Assembly (NCBI GenBank): GCA_900617105.1
Contig: UYFQ01000177.1
Coordinates: forward strand, 1-64,000
DNA: 64,000 bases
Source: Hydrurus foetidus
Lineage: Eukaryota
Direction: 5' to 3'
The notes under the pieces are model-generated. The model was given only the letters and a program-made list of their open reading frames with translations, searched no databases and was not told the DNA's origin. The translations under genes were made by a program, and so were the position numbers. Positions 20,115-29,076 of this stretch are shown here, piece after piece (position 1 is the stretch's first letter; every line of letters starts with the position of its first letter).

Positions 20115-20424
20115 ATCGTGATGGCCGTGGTGCTTGCCAACTACGTGCGCGGCATTGCGCCACGTGTTGAATGAGTCATTGACCGATGGCGCTCAGCTGC
20201 TGCTTTTGGGGGCCATGGCTATTGGTATGGCCACGGGCGCCTCTGGCGAGGCCGTCATGAAGCAGGCCACACGCAATGTTGGTGGGCTGAAGGGCCAGTC
20301 TGCGTGGCTTTTTGTGTATACGGTGGCCGGGCCGCTGAGGCATGCCGGGCTCGCACTTTTGCTGGGTTGGAGTCTGGGCATCCCCCTCTACACCGAGGTA
20401 GCCCGCCGTGTTTTAGGGGCATGA
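20115..20424 (+). pseudogene. sbtA: SbtA-family sodium-dependent bicarbonate permease remnant
   Basis: IVMAVVLAN / ESLTDGAQLLLLGAMAIG / YTVAGPL / GIPLY fragments in order with gaps. Confidence 0.7.
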
Positions 20425-20455
20425 AAAAGCGCCAGCGCCTTTCGGGGCTGGCGCT
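20424..20455 (-). terminator. Intrinsic terminator of the 20496-21029 gene
   Basis: AGCGCCAGC...GCTGGCGCT stem with an A5 tract on its left. Confidence 0.7.
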
Positions 20456-20495
20456 GGCAGGGCGCGGTGATTGCCTTGCGGCCTAGCCGCAGTGC

Positions 20496-21029
20496 TTAAG
20501 CAGCCTTGCGAACCCGCGTCACCTTCTTGGCAACAGCGCGCTTGGCAGTCGCCGCCTTGACCTTGACCTTGGAGCCGGCTATTTTGCTCACCAGTGCGCC
20601 ACTCTTGGCTTCGAGCTTGGAAGCCACATGGGTCACGGCAACAGCAGCGGGCACAGCGGCCAGGGCGATGGTGTTCAGTGTGGTCAGGCCGGTGGATTTT
20701 TCAAAGCGGCTGGCGTTGGCCGCTACCTGTTCCAGGCCCTTGCCGGCCAGTGCCATAGCCTTGTTCACGGCGGTGTCGGCGCTGTCAGAGGTCAGCGTCA
20801 CGCCCTGGGTATAGAGCGAAGTGACCTTCTTCTGGGCCGCCACGGCATTGGTGCGCACTTCTGCACTGATGCGGTTGCCGGCCTTCTTCACGGCAGCGGC
20901 CCAGGACTGGTCCACATAACCCACGGCGCGGGCGTTGCCCACCCGGTAGGCGTGGATCACATTCTTGGCGGTGTTGCCGTAGGACTCGATCAGCTCGTTG
21001 GTGACGGTGGACAGTTTCTTGTTGGTCAT
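20496..21029 (-). CDS. Ala/Lys-rich hypothetical protein (phasin- or histone-like tail)
   Basis: ATG 21029 after AGGAG; helical, with C-terminal KVKAATAKRAVAKKVTRVRKAA. Confidence 0.75.
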   Translation of the reverse strand: MTNKKLSTVTNELIESYGNTAKNVIHAYRVGNARAVGYVDQSWAAAVKKAGNRISAEVRTNAVAAQKKVTSLYTQGVTLTSDSADTAVNKAMALAGKGLEQVAANASRFEKSTGLTTLNTIALAAVPAAVAVTHVASKLEAKSGALVSKIAGSKVKVKAATAKRAVAKKVTRVRKAA

Positions 21030-21150
21030 GGAAAAACTCCTGCAAGGTGGATAAATGAAAAAACTCTGCCTTGCATTCTCCAAAGGCCCCCTAGTGAAGG
21101 CACCTTAAAACCCGCGTCTATCCTAGAGCCAGCTGCCTAAGTCCTGAGGC

Positions 21151-23832
21151 TCATGCAGTCGACCCGTTGGTGCCAGCGCTATGCCCCAAGCGAACGGTAA
21201 AGCAGGTGCCCTGGCCCGCAGCGCTGGCCACGTGGATGCTGCCGCCATGCAGGTCCACCGAGTTCTTGACGATGGCCAGGCCCAGGCCCGTGCCCTGGAT
21301 CTCGCCCACATTGCTGGCGCGGTGGAAGGACTCGAACAGGTGCGGGATTTCTTCGGTCGGAATACCAATGCCCTGGTCGGCCACCTGCATCACCACCTGG
21401 TCGGCCTCACGCCGCATGGTGAAGCGCACCTCGCCGCCCTGGGGTGAGTACTTCATGGCGTTGGACAACAGATTGCCCAAAATATGGCCCAGCAGCTTCT
21501 CGTCGTACAGGCCGGTGGCGGGTTGCACGTCAAAGTCGGTGACCAGGGTGCAGCGGCAGTCGGGTTGCTGGGTCTTGGCATCTTCCACCAGGGTGTGACC
21601 CAGCGCTACCAGGTTCAGCAGTGTGGGTTTGAACTCCAGCATCTGGGCATCGGCCTTGCCCAGCAGCAGCATGCGGTCGAGCATGCGCGTCATGCGCTGC
21701 ACGCCGTTCTCGATCGTCTGGATCACGTCCATCTTGTCCGAGTTCGGCATGCGGTCGCCGTAGTACTTCAGCAGTTCGGCCGACGACAAAATGGTGGCCA
21801 GCGGCGTGCGGAACTCATGGCTGGTCATGGCCACGAAGCGGCTGCGCAGCTCGTTGAGTTCCTTTTGCTGTTCCAGCGCAAAGCGCGTGCTTTGCTCGGC
21901 CTTGATGCGCTCGGTGATGTCCAGCAGGGTCCAGATGACACCCGAGTCGGGGTCGGCTGCGCGCACACGGCTGCCGGCCATTTGCACCCAGAACACCTCG
22001 CCATTGCGCCGTTTGAGCGGCCGTTCGTTGGAGAAGCTGCCGGTGGCCTGCAGGGCCACACGTTGCTCTTCACCCCAACGCGCCCAGTCGTCTGCGTCGG
22101 CGTGCACCATGGCGGTCGACTGGCCTAGCAGCTCTTCGCGGGTGTAGCCCACCATTTCGGCGTATTTGTCGTTCACCCAGCGGTGCTTGCGGTCTACCGA
22201 CAGCACGATGCCCACCAGGGCGCTGTGCAAAATCGCTTCGCGCTCCGACGTCGTGCGCTGCAGATCCACCTCGGCCTGCTTGCGTTCGGTAATGTCCGAG
22301 AAGAACGTCAGCGTGCCGGGCGCACCGTCCCAGGGCACCACGGTCACGCCAATGTCGATCCAGCGCACCACGTTGCCCGGAAGCAGCAGGCGGATCTCAT
22401 AGCGGTTGGGCACATCCTCGCCCGCCAGGCGGCGCTTGCGCCGATCGTCCACCATGGCGCGGTCATCGGGGTGGATGCGGTGCAGATAGCCTTCGCGCAG
22501 CATTTCCTCGCGCGTCATCTGCACCAGTTCGGCGGCACGGTAGTTGGCAAACACAAAGCGGCTGTCTTGCACCACCAGCATGCCTTCGCCCGAATGCTCG
22601 ATCACGGCGCGGTAGCGTTCCTCAGACCGGTGCAGCGCCAGCGTCATATTCTTGCGCGCTGTCACATCCGAGAAGAAGGTGATAGTGGCGGGCTCGCCAC
22701 CCCAGGGCACGACGGACACGCCCAGCTCCAGCCAGCACACGCTGCCGTCGTCAAACAGCAGGCGGATTTCGTAGCTGCTGGGCACGTTTTCGCCAGCCAG
22801 CCGGCGATGGCGTCGTTCCAGAATCAGCGCGTGGTCGTCCGGGTGCACACGGTGCAAAAAGCCCACGTTGAGAATGGCCGCCGGGTCCATGCGCGTGATC
22901 TCGGCCGCGCGGCGGTTGGCAAACACCAGCTTGTCACCCTGCAGCACCACCATGCCGGAGTCGACATGCTCAATGACGGCGCGGTAGCGCTCTTCCGACT
23001 GTTTCAGCGCCTGGGCGATCTGCTTGCTCTCGGTGATCTCGGAGAAGAAGGTCAGCGTGGCTATGCCGCCTTCCCAGGCCACGTGTGTGGGGCGGATGTT
23101 GAGCCAGCGCACCACGCCATCGCGGCCAATGTGGCGGGCCTCGTAGTGGCGGGCAATCTCCTGGCCACTGGCCAGGCGCTGGCGCAGGGCCAGCACCTCG
23201 GCCTGGTCATCAGGGTGGATCCATTCCACCGGGTCAGAGCCAATGATGTCCTCGTTGGGTACGCGCAGGATCTCGCTGGCCTGCTGGTTGGCAAACACGA
23301 TGCGGTTGTACTGCGCCACGAACATACCTTCGCCCAGGTGCTCCACCACTGAGCGGTAGCGCTCCTCGGAGTTGCGCAGCGACTCCTGGGCCTTGTGGCG
23401 CTCGGTCACATCGCGGATGGAGGCACCAAAGCCCAGGCCACGTTCGTTGGAAATGTTCCAGATCGACAGCTCGACGGGGAACTGGTGGCCGTCTTTGTGC
23501 AGGGCCTCAATCTCGATGATGCGGTTGAGCACCTTGGCGTGGCCGGTCTGCAGGAAGCGGCGCATGCCGTTTTCATGGGCCTCGCGAAAGCGCTGTGGAA
23601 TGATGAGCTCCGACATGCGTTTGCCCATGGCCTCGTCGCGCGTCCAGCCCAGCACGCGCTCGGCGCCGGGGTTCCAGTCGGTGACAAAGCCCTCGGTGTC
23701 CATGCCCAAAATCGAGTCGGGCGCAGAGCCAAGCAGGCCCTGCAGGCGGCTCTCGCGTGCCTGCAGGTGATGCAGGGTTTCGTTCAACTGCTCGGGGTTC
23801 AGCGGCACGCCGGCGTTTAAAAGTGATTTCAC
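21151..23832 (-). CDS. Cytoplasmic sensor histidine kinase with five PAS domains
   Basis: Repeated SEERYRxVxEH PAS units; SHEFRTPL H-box, NLLSNAMKYS, DQGIGI, GTGLGL. Confidence 0.92.
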   Translation of the reverse strand: MKSLLNAGVPLNPEQLNETLHHLQARESRLQGLLGSAPDSILGMDTEGFVTDWNPGAERVLGWTRDEAMGKRMSELIIPQRFREAHENGMRRFLQTGHAKVLNRIIEIEALHKDGHQFPVELSIWNISNERGLGFGASIRDVTERHKAQESLRNSEERYRSVVEHLGEGMFVAQYNRIVFANQQASEILRVPNEDIIGSDPVEWIHPDDQAEVLALRQRLASGQEIARHYEARHIGRDGVVRWLNIRPTHVAWEGGIATLTFFSEITESKQIAQALKQSEERYRAVIEHVDSGMVVLQGDKLVFANRRAAEITRMDPAAILNVGFLHRVHPDDHALILERRHRRLAGENVPSSYEIRLLFDDGSVCWLELGVSVVPWGGEPATITFFSDVTARKNMTLALHRSEERYRAVIEHSGEGMLVVQDSRFVFANYRAAELVQMTREEMLREGYLHRIHPDDRAMVDDRRKRRLAGEDVPNRYEIRLLLPGNVVRWIDIGVTVVPWDGAPGTLTFFSDITERKQAEVDLQRTTSEREAILHSALVGIVLSVDRKHRWVNDKYAEMVGYTREELLGQSTAMVHADADDWARWGEEQRVALQATGSFSNERPLKRRNGEVFWVQMAGSRVRAADPDSGVIWTLLDITERIKAEQSTRFALEQQKELNELRSRFVAMTSHEFRTPLATILSSAELLKYYGDRMPNSDKMDVIQTIENGVQRMTRMLDRMLLLGKADAQMLEFKPTLLNLVALGHTLVEDAKTQQPDCRCTLVTDFDVQPATGLYDEKLLGHILGNLLSNAMKYSPQGGEVRFTMRREADQVVMQVADQGIGIPTEEIPHLFESFHRASNVGEIQGTGLGLAIVKNSVDLHGGSIHVASAAGQGTCFTVRLGHSAGTNGSTA

Positions 23833-23961
23833 GTGCGGATGCCCCCAAATTCTTCCTGTCCGGGAAAGTGTAGCCTGCTCTCCCGCGCGGCGGAATGCGG
23901 GTTGGCCCCAATCTGCCCGACAATCCAGCCCTGACTATTCACCTACAGAAAGAACGCGCGC

Positions 23962-24939
23962 ATGGCCATTCAGTGGTTCCCAGGGCATATGCACCTGACC
24001 CGCAAGGCGATCCAGGAGCGCATCAAGGCGATTGATGTCGTGATCGAGCTGCTGGACGCCCGCCTGCCGGGCTCCAGCGCCAACCCCATGTTGGCCGAGA
24101 TGACCGCTGGCAAGCCCTCGCTCAAGGTGCTCAACAAACAAGACCTGGCCGACTCCGCCTGCACCGCGCTGTGGCTGGCGCATTACAACGCCATGCCGGG
24201 CGTGCGTGCGCTGCCGTTGGACGCCAGCATGACCACGCCCGCGCGTGCGCTGGTGGCCGCCTGCCACGAACTCGCCCCCAACCGCGGCGGCATGGCCAAA
24301 CCCATGCGGGTGCTGATTTGCGGCATCCCCAACGTGGGCAAGTCCACCCTGATCAACACCCTGAAGGGCAAGCGCGCCGCCAAGACCGGCGACGAAGCCG
24401 GTGTGACCAAGCTGGAGCAGCGCATCACCATTGCCGACGACTTCTACCTGTACGACACGCCCGGCGTGCTGTGGCCGCGCATCATCGTGGCCAAGAGCGG
24501 GTACAACCTGGCGGCCAGCGGCGCCATCGGCAAGAACGCGTTTGACGAAGAAGAGGTGGCCCTCGAATTGCTGGACTACCTGCGCCAGCACTACGCCACC
24601 GCCGTGGAAGCACGCTACAAGTTCACTGGCGTGGCCGCGCTGACCGATGAGGAATTGCTGGAAGCGGTGGGTCGCAAGCGTGGCGCGCTGCAAAGCGGCG
24701 GCAAGATCAACCTGCAAAAGGCCGCAGAGATCGTCATCCACGACTTCCGCGCCGCCGTGATGGGCCGCATCAGCCTGGAGACGCCTGAGGAATTCGCCCA
24801 GTGGCTGGCGGCGGGCCAGAAGCTGGACGCCGAGCGCCAGCTGAAGAAAGACGCGATCGAGGTGGACCGCCAGATCCGCTTCAAGAAGATTCCGCGTCCC
24901 CCGCGTGCGCCCGATGTTGCAGAAGAGGATGAGGGTTAA
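23962..24939 (+). CDS. rbgA: Ribosome biogenesis GTPase YlqF/RbgA
   Basis: IQWFPGHM, LNKQD, GIPNVGKS, DTPG (circularly permuted GTPase). Confidence 0.95.
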   Translation: MAIQWFPGHMHLTRKAIQERIKAIDVVIELLDARLPGSSANPMLAEMTAGKPSLKVLNKQDLADSACTALWLAHYNAMPGVRALPLDASMTTPARALVAACHELAPNRGGMAKPMRVLICGIPNVGKSTLINTLKGKRAAKTGDEAGVTKLEQRITIADDFYLYDTPGVLWPRIIVAKSGYNLAASGAIGKNAFDEEEVALELLDYLRQHYATAVEARYKFTGVAALTDEELLEAVGRKRGALQSGGKINLQKAAEIVIHDFRAAVMGRISLETPEEFAQWLAAGQKLDAERQLKKDAIEVDRQIRFKKIPRPPRAPDVAEEDEG

Positions 24940-24948
24940 AAAGGCCTC

Positions 24949-24991
24949 TAGCCCTCGTCGAATATGCGCGAGCAGCTCCTGAATTTGTAGC
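24949..24991 (+). repeat. Dispersed 43-bp repeat core
   Basis: TAGC-cctcgtcgaatatgcgcgagca-GCTC-ctgaatttg-TAGC. Confidence 0.9.
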
Positions 24992-25143
24992 AAACTCATG
25001 TGCATCAATTTCAAGATTGCAGCCAACGCGGCCTTTCTGACCGAGCGTCTGAACCTGCTGAAGCCACCCGCGGGCCCAAGCCCCTGAACCCTTCCACGCT
25101 CACTCCGCCCCAAACCCTGCCGCTCTTTTAGGAAAGGCCTTCC

Positions 25144-26136
25144 ATGTCCCAGTCCCTCACCCCCAGCACCGATTGGAAAGAGCAGATTGCGCCTGACGAA
25201 AGTGCGCTCTACGCTGGCTACGGCAAGCAGTTTGCCGAGCTGCAGGCGCGCAAGTCCAAGCGGTACGGCAACGGCCGCGCGCTGCACCGCAAGCAGTTGA
25301 CCGCGGCCCAGGGCCAGCTGGAGGTGCTGGGCGACCTGCCGGCGTTTGCGCAGCACGGCCTGTTTGCCAAAGCCGCCAGCTACCCCGTGTGGGTGCGCTT
25401 GTCCAACGGCGGCATGGACCACACCAGCGACCGCAAGCCTGACATCCGTGGCTTCTCGTTCCGCGTGCTGGATGTTCAGGGCGACTCCGCCCTGGGCGGC
25501 CCCTGCAAGAGCCAGGACTTTGCATTGATCAACCAGGAGGTGTTTGCCTTCCCCAAGAGCGGCGAGTTCGTCGACTTTGTGGTGGCGGCCTCCAAGGGCG
25601 GCGGCGCCTTGATCAAATTTCTGTTTGCACGCTACGGCCTGTTAGGCGGGCCCGCACGCTTGTTGCAAACCATCAAGACCTTTGCCAAGCCGTTTGGCGG
25701 CTTTGCGGCGCAAACCATGTTCAGCGCCGCGCCCATCGCCTGCGGACCTTACGCGGTGCGGGTGCGCCTGGTGCCGGTGCCAGCCAATGGCGCGGGCGTG
25801 CAGGGCACGCAAGACGATTGGGGTGCAGAGTTCTCGGGCCGACTCAAGCAAAAGGCCTTGCAGTGGGACTTGCAGCTGCAGCCCTATGTGAGCGAGGCGC
25901 TGACGCCGATTGAGGACGCCTCGGTCAACTGGCCCACGCCCTACACCACGGTGGCGCGGCTCACGCTGCCGGCGCAGGACACGGGCAGTGCGGCGGCCCA
26001 GGCCTTTGCCAAAGAGGCGGAGGCGGCGGTGTTTGACCCCTGGCAGGCCATGGCCGCGCACCGCCCGCTGGGCGATGTGATGCGTGCACGCAAGGCCGTG
26101 TACTTTGTGAGTCAACAGGGCCGCGGCGCGGTTTAG
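25144..26136 (+). CDS. Short catalase-like heme protein
   Basis: ALHRK (distal His), VRLSNG, PDIRG, QDFALIN, PLGDVMRARKAVY (proximal Tyr). Confidence 0.75.
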   Translation: MSQSLTPSTDWKEQIAPDESALYAGYGKQFAELQARKSKRYGNGRALHRKQLTAAQGQLEVLGDLPAFAQHGLFAKAASYPVWVRLSNGGMDHTSDRKPDIRGFSFRVLDVQGDSALGGPCKSQDFALINQEVFAFPKSGEFVDFVVAASKGGGALIKFLFARYGLLGGPARLLQTIKTFAKPFGGFAAQTMFSAAPIACGPYAVRVRLVPVPANGAGVQGTQDDWGAEFSGRLKQKALQWDLQLQPYVSEALTPIEDASVNWPTPYTTVARLTLPAQDTGSAAAQAFAKEAEAAVFDPWQAMAAHRPLGDVMRARKAVYFVSQQGRGAV

Positions 26137-26139
26137 CCT

Positions 26140-27135
26140 ATGTTCACTGAAGATGATTTGCTGTCGGCCGTGCAAGCAGGCGCACTGAGTGCGGAGTCGG
26201 CCGATGCCCTGCGCAGCCACGCTGCCAGCCGCCGCGCGACCCCCATCGTGGACGAAGAACACTTTCGGCTGGTGACCGGGTTCAACGACATATTTGTCGT
26301 GATCGCCTGCGTGCTGATGCTGGTCTCGGTGGCCTGGATCGGCAATGCAGCGGCCCATTGGGTGGGCAGTCTGGCGGTGGCCGGCTGTGCGTGGGGTTTG
26401 GCAGAATTTTTCGTGCGCAAGCGCCATATGGCTTTGCCGGCCATCGTGTTGCTGGTGGCGTTTGTGGGCAGCCTGTTCACCGCCACATTCAGCCTGGACG
26501 GTGACGGGCAGGGTTTCATGGTGGCCGCCGGGGCCTTGTTGGCAGCGGTGGGGGCGTGGCTGCATTGGCAGCGTTTTCACGTTCCGATTACGGTGGCCGC
26601 GGGCTGCGCGGCGCTGGTCGGTGCCGCTTGCGCACTGTTGCTGAAGTCGTTCCCGGCGCTGCTGACCTGGATGTCGCTGGTGATTTTGGTGGGCGGTGTG
26701 GCCGTGTTCGTGGTGGCATTGCGCTGGGATGCCAGCGACACCCAGCGCAAGACCCGTCGGGCCGATGTGGCGTTCTGGCTGCATCTGCTGGCCGCTCCGC
26801 TCCTGGTCCACCCGCTGTTTGCCATGCTGTCTATCTCGGGGGACACCATTGCCCTGTGGCAGGCCCTGGTGGTGTTGCTGGCCTACGGGGCGATTGCCGC
26901 GGTGTCCCTGGTGATTGACCGGCGTGCACTGATGGTGTCGGCCCTGGGCTATGTGCTGTACACCTTCAGCGCCGTGCTCAAGCAGTACGGCAATGTGGGG
27001 CTGGGCTTTGCCATCACCGCGCTGGTTTTGGGTGCAGCCTTGCTGTTGTTGTCGGCCTTCTGGCACCGCACGCGCAGTGCGCTGCTGCGCAGGGTGCCCT
27101 TGGCGGTGCAAGGCTACATCGCCCCGCTGCAATAA
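26140..27135 (+). CDS. Conserved polytopic membrane protein of unknown function
   Basis: MFTEDDL...DEEHFRLVTGFNDIFV, DVAFWLHLLAAP, IDRRAL; about 9-10 TM segments. Confidence 0.8.
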   Translation: MFTEDDLLSAVQAGALSAESADALRSHAASRRATPIVDEEHFRLVTGFNDIFVVIACVLMLVSVAWIGNAAAHWVGSLAVAGCAWGLAEFFVRKRHMALPAIVLLVAFVGSLFTATFSLDGDGQGFMVAAGALLAAVGAWLHWQRFHVPITVAAGCAALVGAACALLLKSFPALLTWMSLVILVGGVAVFVVALRWDASDTQRKTRRADVAFWLHLLAAPLLVHPLFAMLSISGDTIALWQALVVLLAYGAIAAVSLVIDRRALMVSALGYVLYTFSAVLKQYGNVGLGFAITALVLGAALLLLSAFWHRTRSALLRRVPLAVQGYIAPLQ

Positions 27136-27152
27136 CGATTTATCGCCCTGGC

Positions 27153-27977
27153 TCAGGCAGCCGGCGGGGGCGAGGTGACCAGCCAGGCCAGCACCTGGGC
27201 CTGCATTGCGGGGGCGCGGTCTACCATGATCCAGTGGCCGCAGGCGTACTCCAGCACCGCGCTGCCCGGTGTCGTGTTCAGCCTTTGCAGCCACTCGGGC
27301 GAATGAAACATGAAGGGCTTGCGCGTGCCATAGACGTAGAGCACGGGGCACTGCGGGCGCACCGGCGCTGTGTGGCGCAGTCCGCCAGCCACGCCCAGCC
27401 AGGCCATGGCGTAAGGCGTGTTCATCTGCCAGCCCATATCCGCCTGAGGCGTGGGGCAACGCATGGTGCGTGCCATCCAGCGGGTCATGCGGTTGGCCAG
27501 GCCCGTGGCACCCAGCGTGCCCAGGCCCCATGCCCACGCCAGCCAGAGCTGGTAGGCCAAAATCTGGAACTTTTGCTTGCCCGTGAGTGCGCGCAGGAAG
27601 GCCTTGCTGTTGTGATCGCCAATGTCGATGCCCACGATGCGCGCCACGCGCTGCGGGTGCTTGGCCGCCAGCTCGTAGCCGAAGATGCAGCCCCAGTCGT
27701 GCAGCATGAGTGTCACCGGTTGGCCTGGGCTCACCGCATCCACAATGGCCAGCAGCTGTGTGGTCATCTGCGCCAGCGTGCGGGTAGGGCCGGTTTGCGG
27801 TGCTTCAAAGCCGGGCAGCGTGAAGCGCACGCAACGGTAGTGGGGCGCCAGAGCAGTCACCATGCCGTCCCACAGGCGGTGGGTGTCGGGCCAGCCGTGG
27901 AGCATCACGATGGTGTGCGGGCCCGTGCCCTCTACCCAGACCTCAGTGCCGTGAACCTGGAGCGTGCTGTGCGTCAT
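27153..27977 (-). CDS. Alpha/beta hydrolase (epoxide hydrolase-like)
   Basis: LHGWPD, HDWG nucleophile motif, GHW. Confidence 0.88.
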   Translation of the reverse strand: MTHSTLQVHGTEVWVEGTGPHTIVMLHGWPDTHRLWDGMVTALAPHYRCVRFTLPGFEAPQTGPTRTLAQMTTQLLAIVDAVSPGQPVTLMLHDWGCIFGYELAAKHPQRVARIVGIDIGDHNSKAFLRALTGKQKFQILAYQLWLAWAWGLGTLGATGLANRMTRWMARTMRCPTPQADMGWQMNTPYAMAWLGVAGGLRHTAPVRPQCPVLYVYGTRKPFMFHSPEWLQRLNTTPGSAVLEYACGHWIMVDRAPAMQAQVLAWLVTSPPPAA

Positions 27978-27991
27978 GGGAAAACTCGCTT

Positions 27992-28034
27992 GCTATGAAA
28001 ACAGGAGCTGCTCGCGCATATTTCTAGGGGGCTG
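27992..28034 (-). repeat. Dispersed 43-bp repeat core overlapping the M48 gene stop
   Basis: GCTA-tgaaaacag-GAGC-tgctcgcgcatatttctagggg-GCTG as read on +. Confidence 0.85.
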
Positions 28035-29073
28035 CAGCCCTAAAGAAGGCAATACGTGCGGCGTCAGACGGGTGGGAGGAGAACGCAATGCCCAGCCATG
28101 AGCTGTCGGGGCTGGCCGCGTTGCTGCCGCTTTTCTGGGGCTTGTCGGGGTGGCGTTGTTCTTCCAGTTTGTCGAACAGCGTGACCATCAACGCGGGCGA
28201 CATGGCCGCTGCCTTGAGAAAGCGCACCGCATGCACATCGGCTTCGTGCTCGGCCTGGCGCGAGTAGGCCGCCTGGCCCATGAGCACGGGGACTGCAGCC
28301 AGCAGCGAGCTGAAATCGCCCCACACCAGCGCCCCCAGGCTGCCGAGCACGCCGGCCTGCACCGCCATGCGCATGCCGTGGCGGTGCTGCACGTGGCCTA
28401 GTTCGTGGGCCAGCACCGCGGTCAGCACTGCCGAATCGCCGTCCACCAGCTTCACCATCTCGTCGGTCAGCAGGATGGTGCCGCCGGGCAGGGCCAGGGC
28501 GTTGGCGCCAATCCGTTGGCCATGGCGAAATTCCAGGTTCCAGACGGGCACGCTATTGGGGGGCTGCCGCGTCACTGCCTGGGCGAAGGCCTCGCGAATG
28601 CGCTGCTGGTCTGCCAGTGGCAGTTCGGTCGGTGCCATGATCCCGTCCAGCGCATTCAGAGTGGACTCACCCAGCGCCACATCGGCGGAGTGGGGCGTGA
28701 CCGCCACGACGGCCTGTGCCACCAATGGCAGGCCCCACTGCTGCAGGCCCACCACCAGTGCCACCAGCACCGCCACACTGCCGGCCACCCAGCGCCAATT
28801 TTGCTGCATCTTCACGACGATGGATTCGCCCAGCCCCTGGGCTTGGGCCCAGGCGTCCCAGGCCACGTTGTCTTCGCTTTGCACCAGGCCGCCGCTGGCC
28901 AAGTGCGCCACGCGCATGCCGTGGCGCGTGCGCTCGGGCCAGTCCACCGACTGCGCGGGCACGCTCAGCGCAATGCCTGGGCCGTCAATATGCAGCTGGC
29001 CCGCCACCACGCGGATGCGCACCGGGTGGGCGCGGCCGCTGTGGCCGTCAAAGTAGGTGGCGTCCAGCTCCAT
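28024..29073 (-). CDS. M48-family metallopeptidase
   Basis: NALALPGG, AHELGH, SRQAEHEAD, SHP. Confidence 0.9.
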   Translation of the reverse strand: MELDATYFDGHSGRAHPVRIRVVAGQLHIDGPGIALSVPAQSVDWPERTRHGMRVAHLASGGLVQSEDNVAWDAWAQAQGLGESIVVKMQQNWRWVAGSVAVLVALVVGLQQWGLPLVAQAVVAVTPHSADVALGESTLNALDGIMAPTELPLADQQRIREAFAQAVTRQPPNSVPVWNLEFRHGQRIGANALALPGGTILLTDEMVKLVDGDSAVLTAVLAHELGHVQHRHGMRMAVQAGVLGSLGALVWGDFSSLLAAVPVLMGQAAYSRQAEHEADVHAVRFLKAAAMSPALMVTLFDKLEEQRHPDKPQKSGSNAASPDSSWLGIAFSSHPSDAARIAFFRAAAP

Positions 29074-29076
29074 GCG

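Noticed and set aside
24998..25087. Small ORF MCINFKIAANAAFLTERLNLLKPPAGPSP
   Set aside because: Only 29 codons with no RBS or recognisable family; it may be a gene remnant but cannot be supported.
25642..27537. 631-aa minus-strand ORF and other long antisense ORFs (e.g. 10462-11907, 23935-25422, 29048-30403)
   Set aside because: They are shadows or alternate frames of well-supported genes in GC-rich DNA and show no family motifs.
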